Assembly (NCBI RefSeq): GCF_000281045.1
Contig: NW_008246094.1
Coordinates: 132,812-196,106 of the forward strand
Direction: 5' to 3'
Length of the DNA: 63,295 bases
From: Saprolegnia diclina VS20
Lineage: Eukaryota
Position numbers and translations under genes: made by a program. How positions within the stretch are numbered: the first letter of the stretch is position 1; the number at the start of each line of letters is the position of its first letter. This document shows positions 10,075-23,883 of the stretch, piece after piece. The notes below the pieces were generated by a model. The model ran no database searches. It was not told where the DNA came from and saw only the letters and a list, made by a program, of their open reading frames with translations.

Positions 10075-13000
10075 TCACGTCGTCTTGCGATTGAATACTG
10101 CACGGGCCGCGGGGGCGGACGCTGGTCGGTGCTGCTGCAACTGCCGCAGACACCGCACGCCGGCCGGGAGCGGCGCCACCAGCGTGCGTTCGAGGTTGAG
10201 TGTGTAGCCGTGGGTTGTGATAATGTCCTGTGCGATCTGCGGGTCGGTCTGCAGCAAGGTTTGGAAGATGTCGACAAACTCGGCAAACGTCAATGTCTTG
10301 GGCGCGCTCTCCTTGGGTCGACACAGGAGGTCCATAAACACGCGCCGGACTTCGAATCGCGACAAGACGCCGGTGGCCTTGGCGTCGTACGTGTCGAAGA
10401 TTTTCCTACGGAACGTCGTCATGGACAAGGTTGGTCCAATATCGAAGGTCGGACTGGAGTATGCCGGTCGTGCGCCGACTCAGCGGATTCACACGCGCCT
10501 TGTGCACCAAGAGGTTGGCTCGCCACTCCTCGGTCGTCGCATGCAGCACACGTTCGTCCGCTGGTTTCGTCAGCCGTGGCGGCGACGTCCTGATGGGCAC
10601 ATGACCGACCCACGGTGTGGCCACGACGACGACGGGCTCGATCGGTTTGGTTCGAGTTGGCTGGAGCAAGGCGTGTACGCGCGTCGGCCGGTTGACGACC
10701 TGCTGCGCCATCTGCGCATACGAGAGCGTACTCAGCGTCTCGTCGACGGCGGCGCTGCCCGGTGCGACGGCCAGCAGCAGCGTCGTCAGCGCCGACCCGC
10801 CAATACTATCTTCCAAAAGCCGCTATGCGAAGCATGAGGCACCAAGTGCATCCGAGCACTACCGTGAGCTTGCTTTCTCGGTACGGCACGTGCTTCCAGC
10901 CCTCGACAAGCGCCTTGATGACACGGCCGAGTGCGAGGAGGCCCTGGCCAATGTTGGCGGCTTCGACCTGCCGATCTTTCAGACACCCCGCGCGCTCGTA
11001 GTTTTCCGAGCCGCTGAGATCCACGAGCCGAAGCTGCCCGCTGGCTTGGATCGACTGGCCGTCTTCAACGACTAGACACAGCGTCTTCGATCGGGATACA
11101 CGAAGTAGAACTAGCACGCACGGGTCGTGTCGGTGTACAAGGTGAAGATCGCGTGCGACCGACTCGACTCCTATCCAACATCAGATTCGACTCGAGAAGA
11201 AGGTACGTTGGTGCCTTGTTGCAGAGCGTGGCCGACTGCTGCCGGCACTGAATTGCGAGCTCGAGCAGCTCGTAGGCGTCCGCAGCGGTGGCCACCGACA
11301 CCTCGTGGAGCCCGTGCACGCGCACACCGTGCAGCGCGTGCTTGACAATGTGCAATTTACTTGGGCGACCCGCACTCTCGTCGTCGTCGGAGAGGTCGTA
11401 TTTTTTGTCCCGACTACGGGTTTGTTCGTACTTCATGCGGACGCCGCGCTTCTTGGCCACGTCGCGGAGCGCCTTGGACGACGTCGTGACCACCTGCGGT
11501 CGATCGCTTTGCCGCCGGAGACTGGCTGCGAGGAGGTCGAGAATCTCTTCGTTGTAGATCTCCACATACGACATGCGCACGCTCGTGACTGCCGGTGAGG
11601 CAAACACCGTGGCGATGGCGCGGTACATGAGACCGGCGTCGGCACCGCCGCGATGGCCCTGCATCGAGTGCGTCTTTCCCGAGCCGGTCTGCCCATACGC
11701 AAACACGGTGCACGTGTAGCCACTGATCGCATGCTGCACAATCGGCTGAATCGATGTCTAGGGTCCAAATGATATATATCATTTCTGTAGACCGGAAAAT
11801 GATACCGCAAACAGGTCCTCTTGGGTCGTCGACGGACCAAACACCGTGTCAAAGTTGAACGCGCGGGGCTTTTGGTACGCGTGGATGGGCTCGACGTAGA
11901 CGCGGTTGCCGTCGCAGGCGACGACCGACCGCTGCCCCGCTGCCTCTTCGTGCGCGAGCAGCGGTCGGCAGCGCACGAGGACCTTGATGTGCACGCGCTG
12001 CGGCGTGCTCTCGGGCGTCGCTGGAGTTGGCGACATATTGGAAGGAGGCTCGTCGTCGTCGGGCCTCGTCGATAAGTGCCACGTTAGGATGTCGTGCTGG
12101 TACCCTTGGCGCCGTACGCAGTAGTAGAGCTCGTCGCTGCCCGCGTGCGTCAGCGCCAAGACGGGCAAGACGCGCTCGGGCTCGAGATGCAACGTTGGTA
12201 GAGCGTGGTCTCGAGGCAGGAGGAGCCGAGCGAGGCCACCGCGTGCAGCGTCGGCATCGGCCAATCCCAGTAGTAACGTGCGCGAGGTCGCGTGGTATGT
12301 GATGGCCGTGCACTCTGCAGGGAGACTTACGTGGTGCTGGATCACACTTGAAAAGTCCCACGGCTCGACCGACATACTTGTGTCGTCGCTTGACCGACAG
12401 ACCGTCACGAAGGGAGCCGCTGTCCAGGCAACGCAGAGCGCACCCGTATCTGTCACGCACAGCGCCGATGGTGTTGCGGTCACCGTCGGCGCGTCGACGT
12501 CGAAAAGGACGCAGCGTGCGTCACCGACCTCGTTAACGTCAGTGCTTGTGGCGTAGTGCATGTACGATACGACGTGGTAGGTGGCACCGTTGGGTGCTGA
12601 TTCCAGGACGAGCAGTGACGCAAGGTCAGGTGTGATGCAAAAACCGCTGACCGGACCTGCACACTGAACAAGGCGCACGACACCGCTAATGTCGTAGACA
12701 CACAAGTCGCCTTCGCCTTGCAGGAAATAGAGGCATATGGCATCGCGCGACGTTCCGAGATGCAGCTGACGCGGGCGACGCAAGTCCGACTGCAGCACGC
12801 GCACCGCGCCAGACGTCACGTCGACACTGCCAAGGTTGCCTTGCAGCTCGTCGAGCCAGTAGAGCGTTTTGGAAGCGTCCGCAAACGCCAAGCTCGTCCA
12901 CGCTCGGTTCGGTACCAAAATCGCATCGATGGGAAGCGGCAAGGGCGTTAACGTAGCGTTGATCCGCGGGATAAGAGCCGGCGCAAGCGGAAGGGACTGG

Positions 13001-13377
13001 CGCCGCTTGACGCGTCGTGGTCCTGGATCCTCGCCCCGCCGCGGCGTCGGCCGGTCCAGCTTGGGCCGCAGCACGAGTTTGAGGTGCAGCGGGCTGGCCG
13101 TGGCCGAGGTAAAGTCGTCCATCGTCAGTTGGACCCAGTCGCCGTCGCCGTCGAGAAGAAGGTACGTGCACATACTCTCCTCCGGGGGTACGATGGCGCC
13201 GATTTCCGCGAGCTCGGGCGCGTGCAGCGAATGGAGGAGGCCATGCAGGTGGTGCAGGCCCGCGCCGTGGCTCGTGTGCACGTACTTGCGCTTTGACGAC
13301 TTGTGCAGGCACGTACCGCGCTTGTCATGCAGCTCGACGTGGGACTTGGTCGTAAACGGCAGCGGCGAAGTGCTCAT
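10075..13377 (-). CDS. Kinesin motor protein (kinesin-5-like motor) with N-terminal PB1-like and beta-propeller regions and C-terminal EF-hand-like region, multi-exon
   Basis: [19 protein letters not shown]-loop [25 protein letters not shown], switch I SSRSHAIF, switch [29 protein letters not shown]. Confidence 0.85.
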
Positions 13378-13709
13378 AGGTCCCGACGGACCATCGTTTT
13401 GTCCGAGTCAAAACGGCCGCCGTTTCGCGCCAGCGACAACGACGGACGATCGAAGCGACTGTCTACGCTATTGCGTCGACATCCATGGACCCTGCGAGGC
13501 CCCACGACTACGAGAGTTGGACACTATACAGTGGGACCTTGCTACAATGTATAATGATACATGTTGACGATGAATAATGATCGTGTCCTCTACCTCAACT
13601 CTCTGCGCGAACGATGGAACTCGTACGACTCGTGAGCTATGAACGTAGTAGGTCTCGAGCTGCCTTGGTGGAGCTCTTGGTGGTCTCCTGTGGCAGCGCA
13701 AGATTGCGC

Positions 13710-13852
13710 CACGCGGACAGTCATTGGTCGGTTCAAACGAGAACCCGCGCTTTGATTGGCCGCGATGGTTGCCAATCGTTGGCTCTTGTTTTTCGGTGTC
13801 CTAATTAGGCATCCACGAAAGTAGGACAGGAAATCAGGTCGGAGCCAATCAG
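13710..13852. promoter_or_regulatory. CCAAT-box cluster in the divergent promoter between the kinesin and NOM1
   Basis: CATTGG, GATTGG and two CCAATC within about 140 bp. Similar clusters precede the Man1-like gene (about 7535-7636), the Lys-rich gene (about 25205-25272), RPL17 and MSH6. Confidence 0.55.
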
Positions 13853-13884
13853 CTGGCCGAATTGAAGTTCGAACACGATCGAGC

Positions 13885-16800
13885 ATGGCCAAGCCCGTGA
13901 AGGACGCGCGGAAGGCGCGCCGCCAGCAGGAGCGCAGCGAGAAGAAGCAGAAGAAGCAGATGCGCCAAGTCGCGCACAAGGCGCCGGCCAAGCGCCGCCA
14001 CGAAGACGCTCATCCCATGAGCAAGCGCCGCCATGAAGAGGCGCCAGTAGCCAAGCGCCCGAAAGCTGGCGGCTTCCAAAACAAGTTTATGGAGATGATC
14101 CAGGCCCAGGCCGCCGAAGGTACGTCGCAGCACCATGCCAAGGGTAAGTGGTCACCGCTGCATGCAGGCGCCATTAGCTTGGACTCGGCCAAGGTGCTCA
14201 AGAAGCCGCAGTCCAAGGCCGAGGTCTCCGAGGAAGACATTGCACTCAAGCGTCTTGAGAAAAGCCTTGGCCTGACCAAGTCCACGGGCAAAGCCAAGCT
14301 CAACAAGTTTGACGCTAGCAGCTCTGGCGAGGCTCTTACACTATCAATGTGTAGGGAGTTTGAGAAGGACGGTCTTGGCGCTGACTTTGGCGACTTTCTC
14401 ATGGGCCTCGACGACCTCTCTGCGTACATTCTACATTCGGCCGTATTTTGATATAGATCAACGGCGTAATTGTCATCTTGTAGGCGCATCACGGGCAAGA
14501 AGCCGGTGCCTGCCACCGAAGACGACGACGAGATCTCGGACGAGGGCGATGTCAGCATGGACGAGGATGGGGAAGAGGATGCGGACGAAGATGAAGATGA
14601 CGATGATTTCGAGGGCATGGACGAGGAGACGCGTCGTGAGATGGAGCTTTTGGCGGAAGAAGACGCGGCTTTTCTCCAAGGTACGTGCCGCCTTGTCTTG
14701 CTGCGTACCCACCATATCGCGTAGAAATGGACCAGCTCCCAACAGACGACGAAGAAGAGGACGACGACGACCTTGCGCAGTTTGATTCGGACCTCTCGGA
14801 GGACGAAGGTGACGACGAAGTTGCTGCCAACACGGCCCGCAATCAGCACCACTGTACGTCGTCAAGAGAAGGTACCATGCGTTCAAAGCCCCATGTAGCT
14901 GCCAGTGACGACGGCGACTCGGACGTCGACTCGGACGAAGCTGACAAGCTCGAGGAAGATGTCGAGGACGACGATGACGAAGGTAGCGAAGACGAGACAA
15001 AGCAAGTCAGCGAGGACGAGGCCGAAGACGAGGCTGGTAGCGTCGACATCTTGTCGCCTGTATCGTGGTACTACAAACGGCCCGTAGAGAAGACGCCGGT
15101 CGTTGTCGAAGAAGACATTTACGGCCGCCCCAAGGTCGCGGCGACAGGTACTCGCATCGCCCTCGCCCTCAACTATATCGATATTGATTGTAGCCATCTC
15201 GGCGACGCGGTATGTGCCGCCGCACCTGCGCCGCGCTGCGACGACAGACGAGCAACAGTTGCGCGAAGTCCGTCGCCGCATCAACGGCCAGCTCAACCGT
15301 CTCTCGGAGAGCAACATGGAGTACGCTCTTCTTCATCATCTTCTTTCGTCTCATAATCGCGGGTAGGCCGATTTGCATGGAATTTGAGAGCATTTACCGG
15401 TCCTTTGTGCGTGCGGACGTCAACGCGATCTTGCTCGAAGCGCTGGTCGCGCTCTGCTGTCACGAGGTACTCCTCGCGCATTCCTATCGCCTTCTGACGC
15501 GTCCGCGTCATCGTAGACCCAAGTGATGACGCAGCTCATCAACATTAGCGGCGCCCTCCTTGGCGCGCTCTTCCACTCGGTCGGCACGGAGATTGTCGGC
15601 TTTTTCATTGAGCATTTTGTCCAAAAATTTGAAACGGTAAATATCCCACGACTTGGAGAATAGTGTCCTCATTGGATCCCAGGCGGTCGTGACGCTCCGC
15701 GCATCCTCGTCCGACGACGAAGACGGCGAGACGCGGTCCAAGGAGGCGACGAACCTCCTCTTGATGATCACGACGCTCTACATGTTTGACACGGTGCACT
15801 GCGGCATGATCTACGACATCTTCCGCTTCCTCGTCGACTCGTTCACGGGCGTCGACATTGAGCTCATCCACGCGCTTCTCCAAGGTCCTCTCAACGACGC
15901 CAAGCTTTGGTTTCAACTTGTGTCATATAGCGTGTGGCCCGTCGCTCCGCGCCGACGACGCGAGCGCGCTCACGGATATGATTGCGACCGTCCAGACCAA
16001 AGCCAGCCAGCACGAAGAGCAGTACGATGGACCACTATCCTCTCCACCAAGGTCCTTACATTGCTTCTCTAGGCGCGTCCGCTTCCTCCTCGACTTGATC
16101 TACAACCTCAAGAAGGCCACAAAAAAGACCAAGTCGAGTGCGTTCTCCAACGACCGCGTCCAGCAGCTGCGCAAGTGGATCGGCCGCGTCAAAACGCGCG
16201 TCGGCCACGCCAACAACGCACTCCGCGTCTCGTTCTCGGAGCTTTTGCACGCCGACGGTACTATTGACGGGTCTGCGAGGGTGTCTGATGTGTGTTATGT
16301 AGCCCAAGGCCGGTGGTGGATCATTGGCGGCACGTGGGTCCCCCCCGTACGTCTTGGACTTTGGTTTTGAGATTGTTGATCGAGTGACGAACGCTCGCGT
16401 AGAGCCAGACGTCGGGGGCGGTCGGCGGCAAGGACTCTGACGCCCAGCAGAACGCGCTGCTCAAGCTCGCGGAGAAGCAGCGCATGAACACGGGTGTGTC
16501 TCAGCACTCGATACATTGATACAGACGATGGACGCTTGCGATAGATGTGCGCCGGTCGATCTTTTGTGCGATCATGGGCGCGTCCGACTGCATCGAAGCG
16601 TACGAAGGCGTGCTCAAGCTCGGTCTCAAGGACAAGCAAGAGCGTGAGATCATCCGCGTGCTCATGCACTGGTAGGACCGAGGAAGGATCGAAGATGGAT
16701 GCTCATGGAATGTGTAGCTGCGGAAACGAAGCCAAGTACAACCCGTACTACGCACTCCTTGCCGACAAGTTTGCGACCGCCGACCCGCGCTACAAGTTTA

Positions 16801-17330
16801 CGCTCCAGCTCGCGTACTGGGACGTCTTCAAGCAGGTAGAGACTGCAGCATTGGAAGAGGAGCAGGAGATGGATGATGCGTGTAGCTCGATGCGTGGAAG
16901 CCGCGCAAGGTCTACAACATGGCGTGCTTGCTCGCCAAGCTGCTCGAGACGGGCGCCATGACCCTCGCTGTCCTCAAGGTATCGCTTCCTGCCGAGGCAA
17001 AACGAGTCGACGTGCGACTGTAGGTCCTCGACTTTACCGACGTCAGCGACGCGACCGTACTCTTCCTCCGCGTCGCCTTTGAGCGGATCCTGAGCATCGA
17101 CGACGACTCGGCGCTCATCGGCGTCTTTGAGCGCATCGCCCAGCAAAAGTCCAAGGTCGGTCGCTGCCTTGCATCGTTCAACGCTCATGCCATGCTTATA
17201 GATGGAAGCGACGCGGGATGGCGTCGCCGTCTTCTTCCACCAGCACCTCTTGCCGGCGCTCAAGACGCTCGAGGCCAAGAAGAAGGCCAAGATGGTCACC
17301 CGCATGCTCGACGCCATGGGCAAGCACTAG
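13885..17330 (+). CDS. NOM1: Nucleolar MIF4G domain-containing protein 1 (NOM1/Sgd1; MIF4G + MA3), many exons
   Basis: EEDIYGR, YVPPHLRR..RRINGQLNRLSESNME, GRWWIIG, RMNTDVRRSIFCAIM..KLGLKDKQEREIIRVLMHCC..YNPYY; acidic N-terminal tracts. Confidence 0.88.
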
Positions 17331-17510
17331 AGGAAGCGATCTGTGCAGGACGTGGCAAATTCGCAACTGCGGGCGCAAATTCAAGTTTCTTAAAAAATAC
17401 ATGTCTTTCGATACAATGATCAAGCTTTCTTTGTGCTTTGTATTGTATTATTGTCCTTGCTGATTTCGGGGCGATCCATCCGGTCGGTGTATATTCCGCT
17501 GGCCGACGCC

Positions 17511-19204
17511 ATGGCGACCTTCCACGTGCGACTCAACATGGAGGACGCCGACGACGATGGCGATAGCACGACGACGATGGCCTTCGAGGTCGGGAACCCC
17601 CGCGTCGAGGTGCTCACGGGCCGCCTGCGCCTCTTCCGGTCCATGCCGCATCACGCGCGCCACGAAGAGACCAAGGACGACGACGAGGGCAGCGACCAGT
17701 GGCTGCATCTCTCGACAAACGCGATCCTCGAGATGAACTTGACGCTCCTCGGCTTTGTGAGCCTCCCGCTTCATGTCGGTCCGCTCGAGCTCCTCGAGTT
17801 TACCCAAGCCTTCCGCGACGAGATTGTGCTCATGCGGCTCCTGCGCGACGCCAACCCGCGCCACCCGACGCGCATGGCGCTCGTCCAGTTTGCGAGCGCC
17901 GCCAAGGCCGCTCAGTTCTACGAAGCGTTCAATGGCACGCGCTTCAACTCGATCGAGCCCGAGCGCTGCAAGCTCGTGTTTGTCCGCTGCATCGAGTTTG
18001 TCCGGAGCGCACACCCGCCGAGCGCCGGGCCGCTCCCGCGCGTCAACGGCCACCTCGTGGCCAACGGCATGCTTCCGGCCTTCAACGACGACGGCCTGCG
18101 CTGCGACGCGCCCGATGGCCACGTGGAGATCCCCACCTGCCCCGTGTGCTTGGACCGCCTCGATACGTCCGTCTCGGGCGTCCTCACGACCTTGTGCAAC
18201 CACACGTTCCACTGCGACTGCCTCTTTGGCTGGGAAGGCTCGAGCTGCCCCGTGTGCCGGTACAGCCACGGCGACATGGTCTCGACGTGCGAGGTACGGC
18301 TTGCTCGTGCAACGATGCCCCAGCGTGAGGTAGGTCTGCGAGACGACCGAGCACCTCTGGATCTGCTTAATCTGCGGCCACATTGGCTGTGGCCGGTACT
18401 CGAACGAGCATGCCAAGAAGCACTACCAAGATACCATGCACACGTACTCGCTCGAGCTCGAGACACAGCGTGTGTGGGATTATGCTGGCGACGGGTCGCG
18501 TCCTCCTTACGCTCTCGACCTCACCTGGCCTCTGCATGTAGGTATGTGCATCGACTCATCATGAACAAGCAAGACGGCAAGTGCGTCGAGTTTCCCAACC
18601 CAAATGCACACGCGTCCATGGACGACGAAGCCAGCGACGAGCATCTCAAGCTCGAGAAGCTCGCTGCCGAGTACAACCACCTCCTCACAAGGTAGTAGCG
18701 TCGTGCGAGCGCATGGCATCATGCGCGTCACTAGCCAGCTCGAAGAGCAGCGGCTCTATTACGAGCGCCGCATGGGCGACGCCACCGAGCGCCGCGCCCT
18801 CGACCACGAGCGCAAGTCGCTCAAGCGCCAGAACGAAGCGCTCGCAAAGAAGACGGCGCAGCTCGAAGAAGAGCTCGTGTTCGTGCGGTATGATGACCTC
18901 CACCGTCCAGCAAACCTCATATCCCGCGTGCAGGGAGCTCAACAAGTCGCTCATTGAGAACCAAGCAAGCTGGAAGGAGCGCGTCAAGTGCGCCGAAGAC
19001 AAGGTGCAAACGCTCGAGCGCAGCACGCAGGCGCGCGTCGACGACCTCGAGTCGCAGATCAAGGACCTCATGTTCTACCTCGACACGCAAAACAAGGTCG
19101 AGCACAGCGTGCACAAGCGTGAGATCCAAGACGGCGCCATCTCGGTGATCGCGCCCGAAGCGGACGTCAAGCCCAAGGCCAAGCGACCGTCCAAGAAGCG
19201 CTAA
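17511..19204 (+). CDS. BRAP: BRCA1-associated protein BRAP2/ETP1-like E3 ligase (BRAP2 domain, RING-H2, ZnF-UBP, coiled coil)
   Basis: [95 protein letters not shown]. Confidence 0.9.
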
Positions 19205-19275
19205 CGCATCGTTTGTATGCATACATGTATTACGTGCTATCTTCGTCGTCGACGATCACCATGAAAACGCAGCGC

Positions 19276-22200
19276 CTAGTGAAACTCGTTGGGCGCCGTC
19301 CACGGCTTCTCGTCTTCCGAGTCGTAGTAGTCAAAGAGACTCGACGACTCGAGCCCGAGCAGCGGCTTCTCGCGGTGGATGCGCATGCTCTCGACAAAGA
19401 GCTTGACGAGGCTCACGTTGGTCAAGAGCGGGATCGAAAAGTCGGCGGCCGTCCGGCGGATGAGGTAGTTGTCCTTGAGCCGCTTCGAGTCGGACGTCGG
19501 GAGGTTGATGACGAGGTCGATCTTGCCTTCTTTAATGTAGTTGAGCACATTCTCTTCGGCGCTCTCTTCGTCGAGCGGGAAGGCCAGCTTGACGCTCGGC
19601 ACGTTGTACTTGGCCAGGAACGCGTGCGTCTTCTCGGTCGCGTGGAGCGTGTAGCCGAGGTTCACGAGGTCGTGCGCGTGGTGCACGAAGTCGGGCGACA
19701 CCTTGTCCTGCATCGAGAGGAGCACATTCTTCTTCGGCAGCTTGAAGTTGGACGAGAGAAGCGCCTTGAGGAACGCTTCGTGCTTGGTCTTGCCAAAGCA
19801 CGCGACCTCGCCCGTCGACGCCATCTCGACGCCGAGGAGCGGGTCCGCGCCGCCGAGTCGCGTGTACGAAAACATGGGCGACTTGATACCGACGTACTCT
19901 TGCGGCCGGATCGGGTCAAAGAGGCCCGGGAGGTTGTCCTTGGACGTGTCGGCGCCGACCATGACCTTGGTCGCCGCGCTAATAAAGTCGGCGCCCACCG
20001 TCTTCGAGACAAACGGAAAGCTGCGCGACGCACGCAAGTTGCACTCGATCGCGAGCACGTCCGCGCCCTTGGCCAAAAACTGCGCGTTGAACGGCCCGGA
20101 AATGTTGAGCGCCTTGGCGATCTTGGCGCCGGCGTGGCGGACCTGGTCAATGTAGTACGCGCTGAGGTCGACGGGCGGCAGAATCAAGGTGGCGTCGCCA
20201 GAGTGCACGCCAGCGTTCTCGACGTGTTCCGAGACCGCCGCCGCGATGATCTCGCCGTTGCGGGCGACACCGTCGAGCTCAATCTCGCGCGCGCCTTCGA
20301 CAAACTTGGTAATGACAACCGGGTGGTCCTGCGAGACGGCGGCGGCTTCGCCGAGGACGCGCGCGAGGTCGTCGTCCGAGTAGGCGACGTTCATGGCCGC
20401 ACCGGAAAGCACGTAGGACGGGCGGACGAGCACGGGGTAGCCCACATCGTGCGCAAACACCTTGGCCGCGTCGAGGCTCGTGAGCTCCTTCCACGCGGGC
20501 TGGCGCACGCCGGCGCGGTCCATGAGCTCGGAAAACTTGTGGCGATCTTCGGCCGAGTCAATCATCGTCGGGCACGTGCCGAGGACGCGGACGCCGGCCT
20601 TGTGCAGGGGCAGCGCCACGTTGTTGGGGATTTGGCCGCCGACCGAGACGACGACGCCGGCAACGTTTTCGCGATCGTAGACGTCAAGGATGCGCTCCTT
20701 CGAGAGCTCTTCAAAGTAGAGCTGGTCGCACTCGTCATAGTCGGTCGAGACCGTCTCGGGGTTGTAGTTGAGCATGACTGCGCGGCGACCGAGCTTCTTG
20801 AGCGTCCGAATGCACGAGACAGCACACCAATCAAACTCGACCGAACTGCCAATCTAGTCGATACACTGCGTGAGCCATTGAGCGAAAGAGAATACTACAT
20901 ACCCGGTAGGCACCCGACCCGAGCACCATGACGCCGTCGTTCGGCGGCTGGTCGGCCACGTCGTTCTCGGACGCGTTGTACGTCGTGTAGAGGTAGTTGG
21001 TCGCCGCCGGGTACTCGGCCGCGAGCGTGTCGATCTGCTTGATGACCGGAATGATGCCGCGGGCCTTGCGGTCCGCGCGCACCGCGTCGTCCGAGCAGTT
21101 GAGCATGCGCGCGAGCTGGCGGTCCGAAAAGCCGACCTCCTTGGCCTCGCGGAGGAGATGGTCCGGGACAGCGCTGAGGCTGCCAAGCTTGGTGAGGTCG
21201 TCGTCGAGGTCGGCAATGCGCTGGAGGCGGCTGAGGAACCACGTGTCGATCTTGGTCAAATCGTGGATCTCCTGCACCGAGAGGATGTTTTCCCGGAGCG
21301 CGTACGCGATCTGGTACATGCGCTTGTCGGTCGGGCGTTGGAGCGCCGCAATCAAGTCGGCTTTCGAGAGCGCGTCCTTGGCCTTGGGCTCAAACCCTTC
21401 GATGCTCGGCTCAACCATGCGCAGCGCCTTCTGGATCGTCTCTTCAAACGTGCGGCCGATCGCCATGACCTCGCCGACACTCTTCATGCTCGAGCCAATC
21501 TCCGTGCTCACGTGCTCAAACTTGGAGAGATCCCAGCGGGGCACCTTGGCGACGCAGTAGTCGAGCGACGGCTCAAAGCACGCCGACGTCGACTTGGTCA
21601 CCGAATTTTTGAGCTCCGGGAGGTTGATACCGAGGCCGAGCTTGGCGGCGACAAACGCTAACGGGTAGCCCGTGGCCTTGGACGCGAGCGCCGACGAGCG
21701 AGAGAGACGCGCGTTGACCTCAATGATGCAGTACTCCTCGTTCTCGGGGTTGAGCGCATACTGGATGTTGCACTCGCCGACGATGCCGAGGTGGCGCACG
21801 ACCTTGAGCGCGGTCTCGCGGAGCATGTGGTACTCGCGGTTGCTGAGCGTCTGGGACGGCGCAATGACCATCGAGTCGCCCGTGTGGATGCCGAGCGGGT
21901 CAAAGTTCTCCATGTTGCAGACCGTGATGCAGTTGTTGGCCGCGTCACGCACAACCTCGTACTCGACTTCCTTCCAGCCCTTCATGGAGCGCTCGACGAG
22001 GATCTGCGGCGAGCCCGCAAACGCCTTCTTGGCCATCTTGGTGAGCTCCTTCTTGTCCTCGCAGATGCCGCTGCCGAGACCGCCCAGCGCAAACGCCGAC
22101 CGGATCATGACCGGGTACCCAATCTTGTCGGCGGCTTCGAGCGCCTCGGCGACCGACTCGGCCGCAAAGCTCGTCGCAATCTTCTCGTTGATCTCCTTGA

Positions 22201-23883
22201 GCTTCGCGTTGAAGATCTCGCGGTCTTCGGTCGCTTCGATGACGGGGATTTGCGTGCCGAGCACCTTGACGTTGTACTTTTCGAGAATGCCCTACGCAGC
22301 GAGATTGCACTTCGCCAAGTGCAAACTCAACCATTGCTTACCTTGTGGTGAAGGTCGACACCGCAGTTGAGCGCGGTTTGGCCGCCCATCGAGATGAGGA
22401 TACCGTCCGGGCGCTCGCGGCGAATGACTTGCTCGACAAAGTCCGAGTTGACCGGCAAGTAGTAGACGTTGTCGGCCTGCGCCTCGGTCGACTTGTCGAC
22501 GTTGGTCTGGACGGACGCAATGTTCGGGTTGATCAAGATCGTGTGAATGTTCTCTTCCTTGAGCGCCTTGATGGCCTGCGACCCCGAGTAGTCAAACTCG
22601 CCGGCTTGGCCAATGCTGAGGCCACCGGAGCCAAGAATGAGCACCTTTTTGAACTGCGGGCGCGTCGTCGGCGGCCGCTGCACGAGCGACGTGATCGGGC
22701 CCGTCGTCTTGGTGCGCACGGCGTCGAGGAACGTGTCAAAGAGGAACTCCGTGTCCGTCGGGCCGCCCGCGTGCTCGGGGTGGAACTGCGCCGTGAAGAA
22801 CGGCTTGGTCTTGTGGATGATGCCTTCGTTCGTGCCGTCGTTGCCGTTCACAAAGAGCTCTTCCCACTCGGTCGGGAGCTTCTTCCCGTCGAGCGCATAC
22901 CCGTGGTTCTGCGCCGTAATGTACGACTGGCCCGTCTTGAGGTTGTTCACGGGCTGGTTCTGGCCACGGTTGCCGAACGGCAGCTTGTACGTGTCTGCAC
23001 CGGCCGCGCGACCGAGGAGCTGGTTCCCGAGACAGATGCCAAAGATGGGCTTGACGTTGTCGCTCGCAATGATGCTTTCGAGCTGCGCCACTGTGTGCTG
23101 GAGCATGGCCGGATCGCCGGGGCCGTTCGAGATGAAGAGCCCGTCGTACCAACTCATTTCCGACACAATGTCGTGGTCCCACGGCACGAGCTTTACCTCG
23201 GCGCCGCGCTGGACGAGCTGGCGAATGATGTTGTACTTGATGCCGCAGTCGACCGCGAGGATCTTGAGCGGGTTGCCCTTGCCGTAGATTTTCACGTCCT
23301 TGGTCGACACTTCGGCGACGAGGTTGCGCGAGTTGGGGTCCTCAAACGCTGGCGCCGGCGACCCGTCGACCACGATGCGGCCCGTGAGCGCGCCCTTCGC
23401 GCGGATCTTCTTGGTGAGCGCGCGCGTGTCGATGCCAGCGATCGCCGGAATGCCTTCCTTGACGAGCCACTCAGAGAGCGACGACTTGGCGTTCCAGTGG
23501 CTGTGGTGCTTGGAGTAGTCTTGGACGATCATACCGGCCGCGTGGATCCGGTTGCTCTCGAGGTGCTTGTTGAGGCCATACTGGTCGAGCTCCTTCGTGC
23601 AGGGCACGCCGTAGTTGCCGATCATGGGAAAGGTCATGTTGAGGATCTGGCCCTGGAAGGACGGGTCCGTCAAGGCCTCGGGGTACCCGACCATGCCCGT
23701 CGTGAAGACGACCTCGCCCGCCATCGACTGGTCGGCGCCGAACGAGATGCCGGGGTACTTGGAGCCGTCCGAGAGCTCGAGGACCGCGCGCTTCTCGAAG
23801 GATGGGACGCCCCGCCGGTCGACGCCGGTCGACATGTGCTTCTGGCGGAAGCTAATCATCGGTGCTCGTCGTAGTCGATACAT
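19276..23883 (-). CDS. Carbamoyl-phosphate synthetase, fused glutaminase + synthetase subunits, probable mitochondrial presequence (CPS I/III-like; arginine/urea pathway), 3 exons
   Basis: [51 protein letters not shown], two ATP-grasp halves and a C-terminal MGS-like domain. No DHOase/ATCase domains. Introns near 22293-22341 and 20856-20903. N-terminus [19 protein letters not shown]. Confidence 0.95.

Noticed and set aside
19213..23874. Long antisense ORFs (e.g. 19213-20931, 22345-23874, 26280-27707, 56297-57454)
   Set aside because: Shadow ORFs produced by GC3-rich codon bias of the real genes on the opposite strand.
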